Of a stretch of 64,000 nt of DNA, positions 62,545 through 64,000 are shown in pieces (the stretch's first letter is position 1; each line of letters opens with the position of its first letter). The DNA is taken from assembly GCA_951406725.2 (NCBI GenBank), contig OX597829.1:34906001-34970000 (forward strand), given 5' to 3'. The notes below the pieces were generated by a model, which saw only the letters and a program-made list of their open reading frames with translations, searched no databases and was not told the origin of the DNA. This DNA is from Octopus vulgaris (taxonomy: Eukaryota). Position numbers and translations under genes: made by a program.

Positions 62545-63140
62545 TCCAGGCTTCGAGCGGAGAACAGCCTGCTGACAAAGGTCTCCGAGAGTCTCTTTCC
62601 ACGATACTTAACATCTAGTTACCAATCTCCTCACTCTCCTCAATAAATCAGTTTTCTGAGTATGTTCTGCCCTCATGTCATTTACAATTTCTCCAACAAA
62701 TTTCTCAAATCTGGTTGTTAATTCTCCCAATGCCTCAACAACTAACGAGATGACAGTTACTTCCTCCGTTGTCAACATTCGTGCAATCTCATCTTTAGCG
62801 GCTTGTAATTCTCAGTCTTTTCCAGTTATTTATCAGTCACGCGTATTGCCATTCCCAGGTATGGCAATATCTATGATCTTGGTTTCCGTCATCATTTTAT
62901 CTGCTACAGCAATGTCTGATCTCCGAGCATCAATCACCGAGTCACACTGGTTTGTAAAATCCCTCAAGATTTTATCCTCATTATTTTCGGTGACACCTTC
63001 TGGTTTATGCTCGTACAAATTCAATTTTATCTGCTACAACAATGTCTGGTCTCCGAAAACTAATCACTGAATCACGCTGGACTGTCGAATAATTCAAGAT
63101 CTCATGCTCATTATTCTCAGTGAAGCCTTCAGGTTTCAAT
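62545..63140 (-). mobile_element. Dong/R4 endonuclease-region fragment with local duplication
   Basis: YEHKPEGVTENNEDKILRDF..DARRSDIAV..IIDIAIPG..ENYKPLKDEIARM..LVVEALG. Confidence 0.8.
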
Positions 63141-63336
63141 GTCCTTTCAATTATTTTTTATTGCTAATCGTAACCCATCGCTACACCGCCGAGTAATGAC
63201 GTAGTCAAGATGAAATAGATCCTTCAGCAGAAACATAATACAACGATCACAGTGATATGCTCAATTATTACACACATGTGAGTGAGAACACTGAGATATT
63301 TTTGGTATCTAACATATGCCAGATACTGCGAGCGTT

Positions 63337-63434
63337 GCTTCTGATTGGTCAATCCATGGTGATGACCCGAGGTCACGGTGACAGCGCTGCTTCTGATTGG
63401 TCAATCCATGGTGATGACCCGAGGTCACGGTGAC
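63337..63434. repeat. Tandem 47-bp duplication with CCAAT box
   Basis: TGCTTCTGATTGGTCAATCCATGGTGATGACCCGAGGTCACGGTGAC occurs twice. Confidence 0.9.
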
Positions 63435-63530
63435 GGCACTACTTTTGTTATTCATAAGTTACAACTAAACGTGAAGAATTTAGTTAATGGGTTAATAAAA
63501 TATGGTCGTTTATTCGTGTGTAATAAATAA

Positions 63531-63662
63531 AATACCAAACTCATTCCCTATGGATACCGTATTTATTACAACTCGTGGCTTGTAAACGTATCTAACGTTA
63601 GATACGTTTACAAGCCACTCGTTGTAATAAATACGGTATCCATAGGGAACTCGTTTGGTATT
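63531..63662. repeat. 132-bp loopless palindrome
   Basis: Symmetric about 63596/63597 (CTAAC|GTTAG), with only two small mismatch sites. Confidence 0.95.
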
Positions 63663-64000
63663 CTCTATCTACCAAACCTGCTTTTTTTTCTTAAAGCAGA
63701 TTTTAATTCGATCTTTCACACACACGATCATCATCATCATCATCATCAACATCAACAACGACGACGACGACAACGACAGCAAGAACAACAACAACAACAA
63801 CCTGTCATTATAGTGAACGTCATTTTTTAAAGTCTGTGTTACTTTCTCTGTATGCTGAAAGACGTACAGAAACGCTTGCACACACACACACATGCACACG
63901 CGCGCACACACAGATGCATACACACACACACACAAGCAGACGCATGCACACATACACACATATACACATAAGCAGCCAAGAAAAAGTTAAATATGCGTAA

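Overview
AT-rich, microsatellite-dense eukaryotic DNA with no intact host gene that I can recognise. The SINE families and the RTE, Dong and Penelope content are most consistent with an Octopus (coleoid cephalopod) genome; this is an inference. The window is mostly decayed transposons: Tc1/mariner, hAT, Chapaev-like, MULE-like foldbacks, non-autonomous Helitrons, RTE, Tx1/L1, Dong/R4, Penelope-like elements, a Gypsy gag scrap and tRNA-derived SINEs. Highlights: (1) a ~3.7 kb CpG-rich island (49.8-53.5 kb) holding a heavily decayed, G-to-A-skewed 18S rRNA copy flanked by unidentified sequence, including a stop-poor frame with a possible 34-nt intron; (2) several hammerhead-ribozyme-like motifs tied to Penelope-like termini or to short non-coding inverted-repeat units; (3) RTE LINEs with a complete PHD finger inside the RT region; (4) a 132-bp loopless palindrome with directional TC/TC mismatches; (5) an intron-containing hAT transposase. 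Most ORF-track entries are microsatellite or antisense artefacts. Coordinates were read by eye, so element edges are approximate unless termini or TSDs are quoted.
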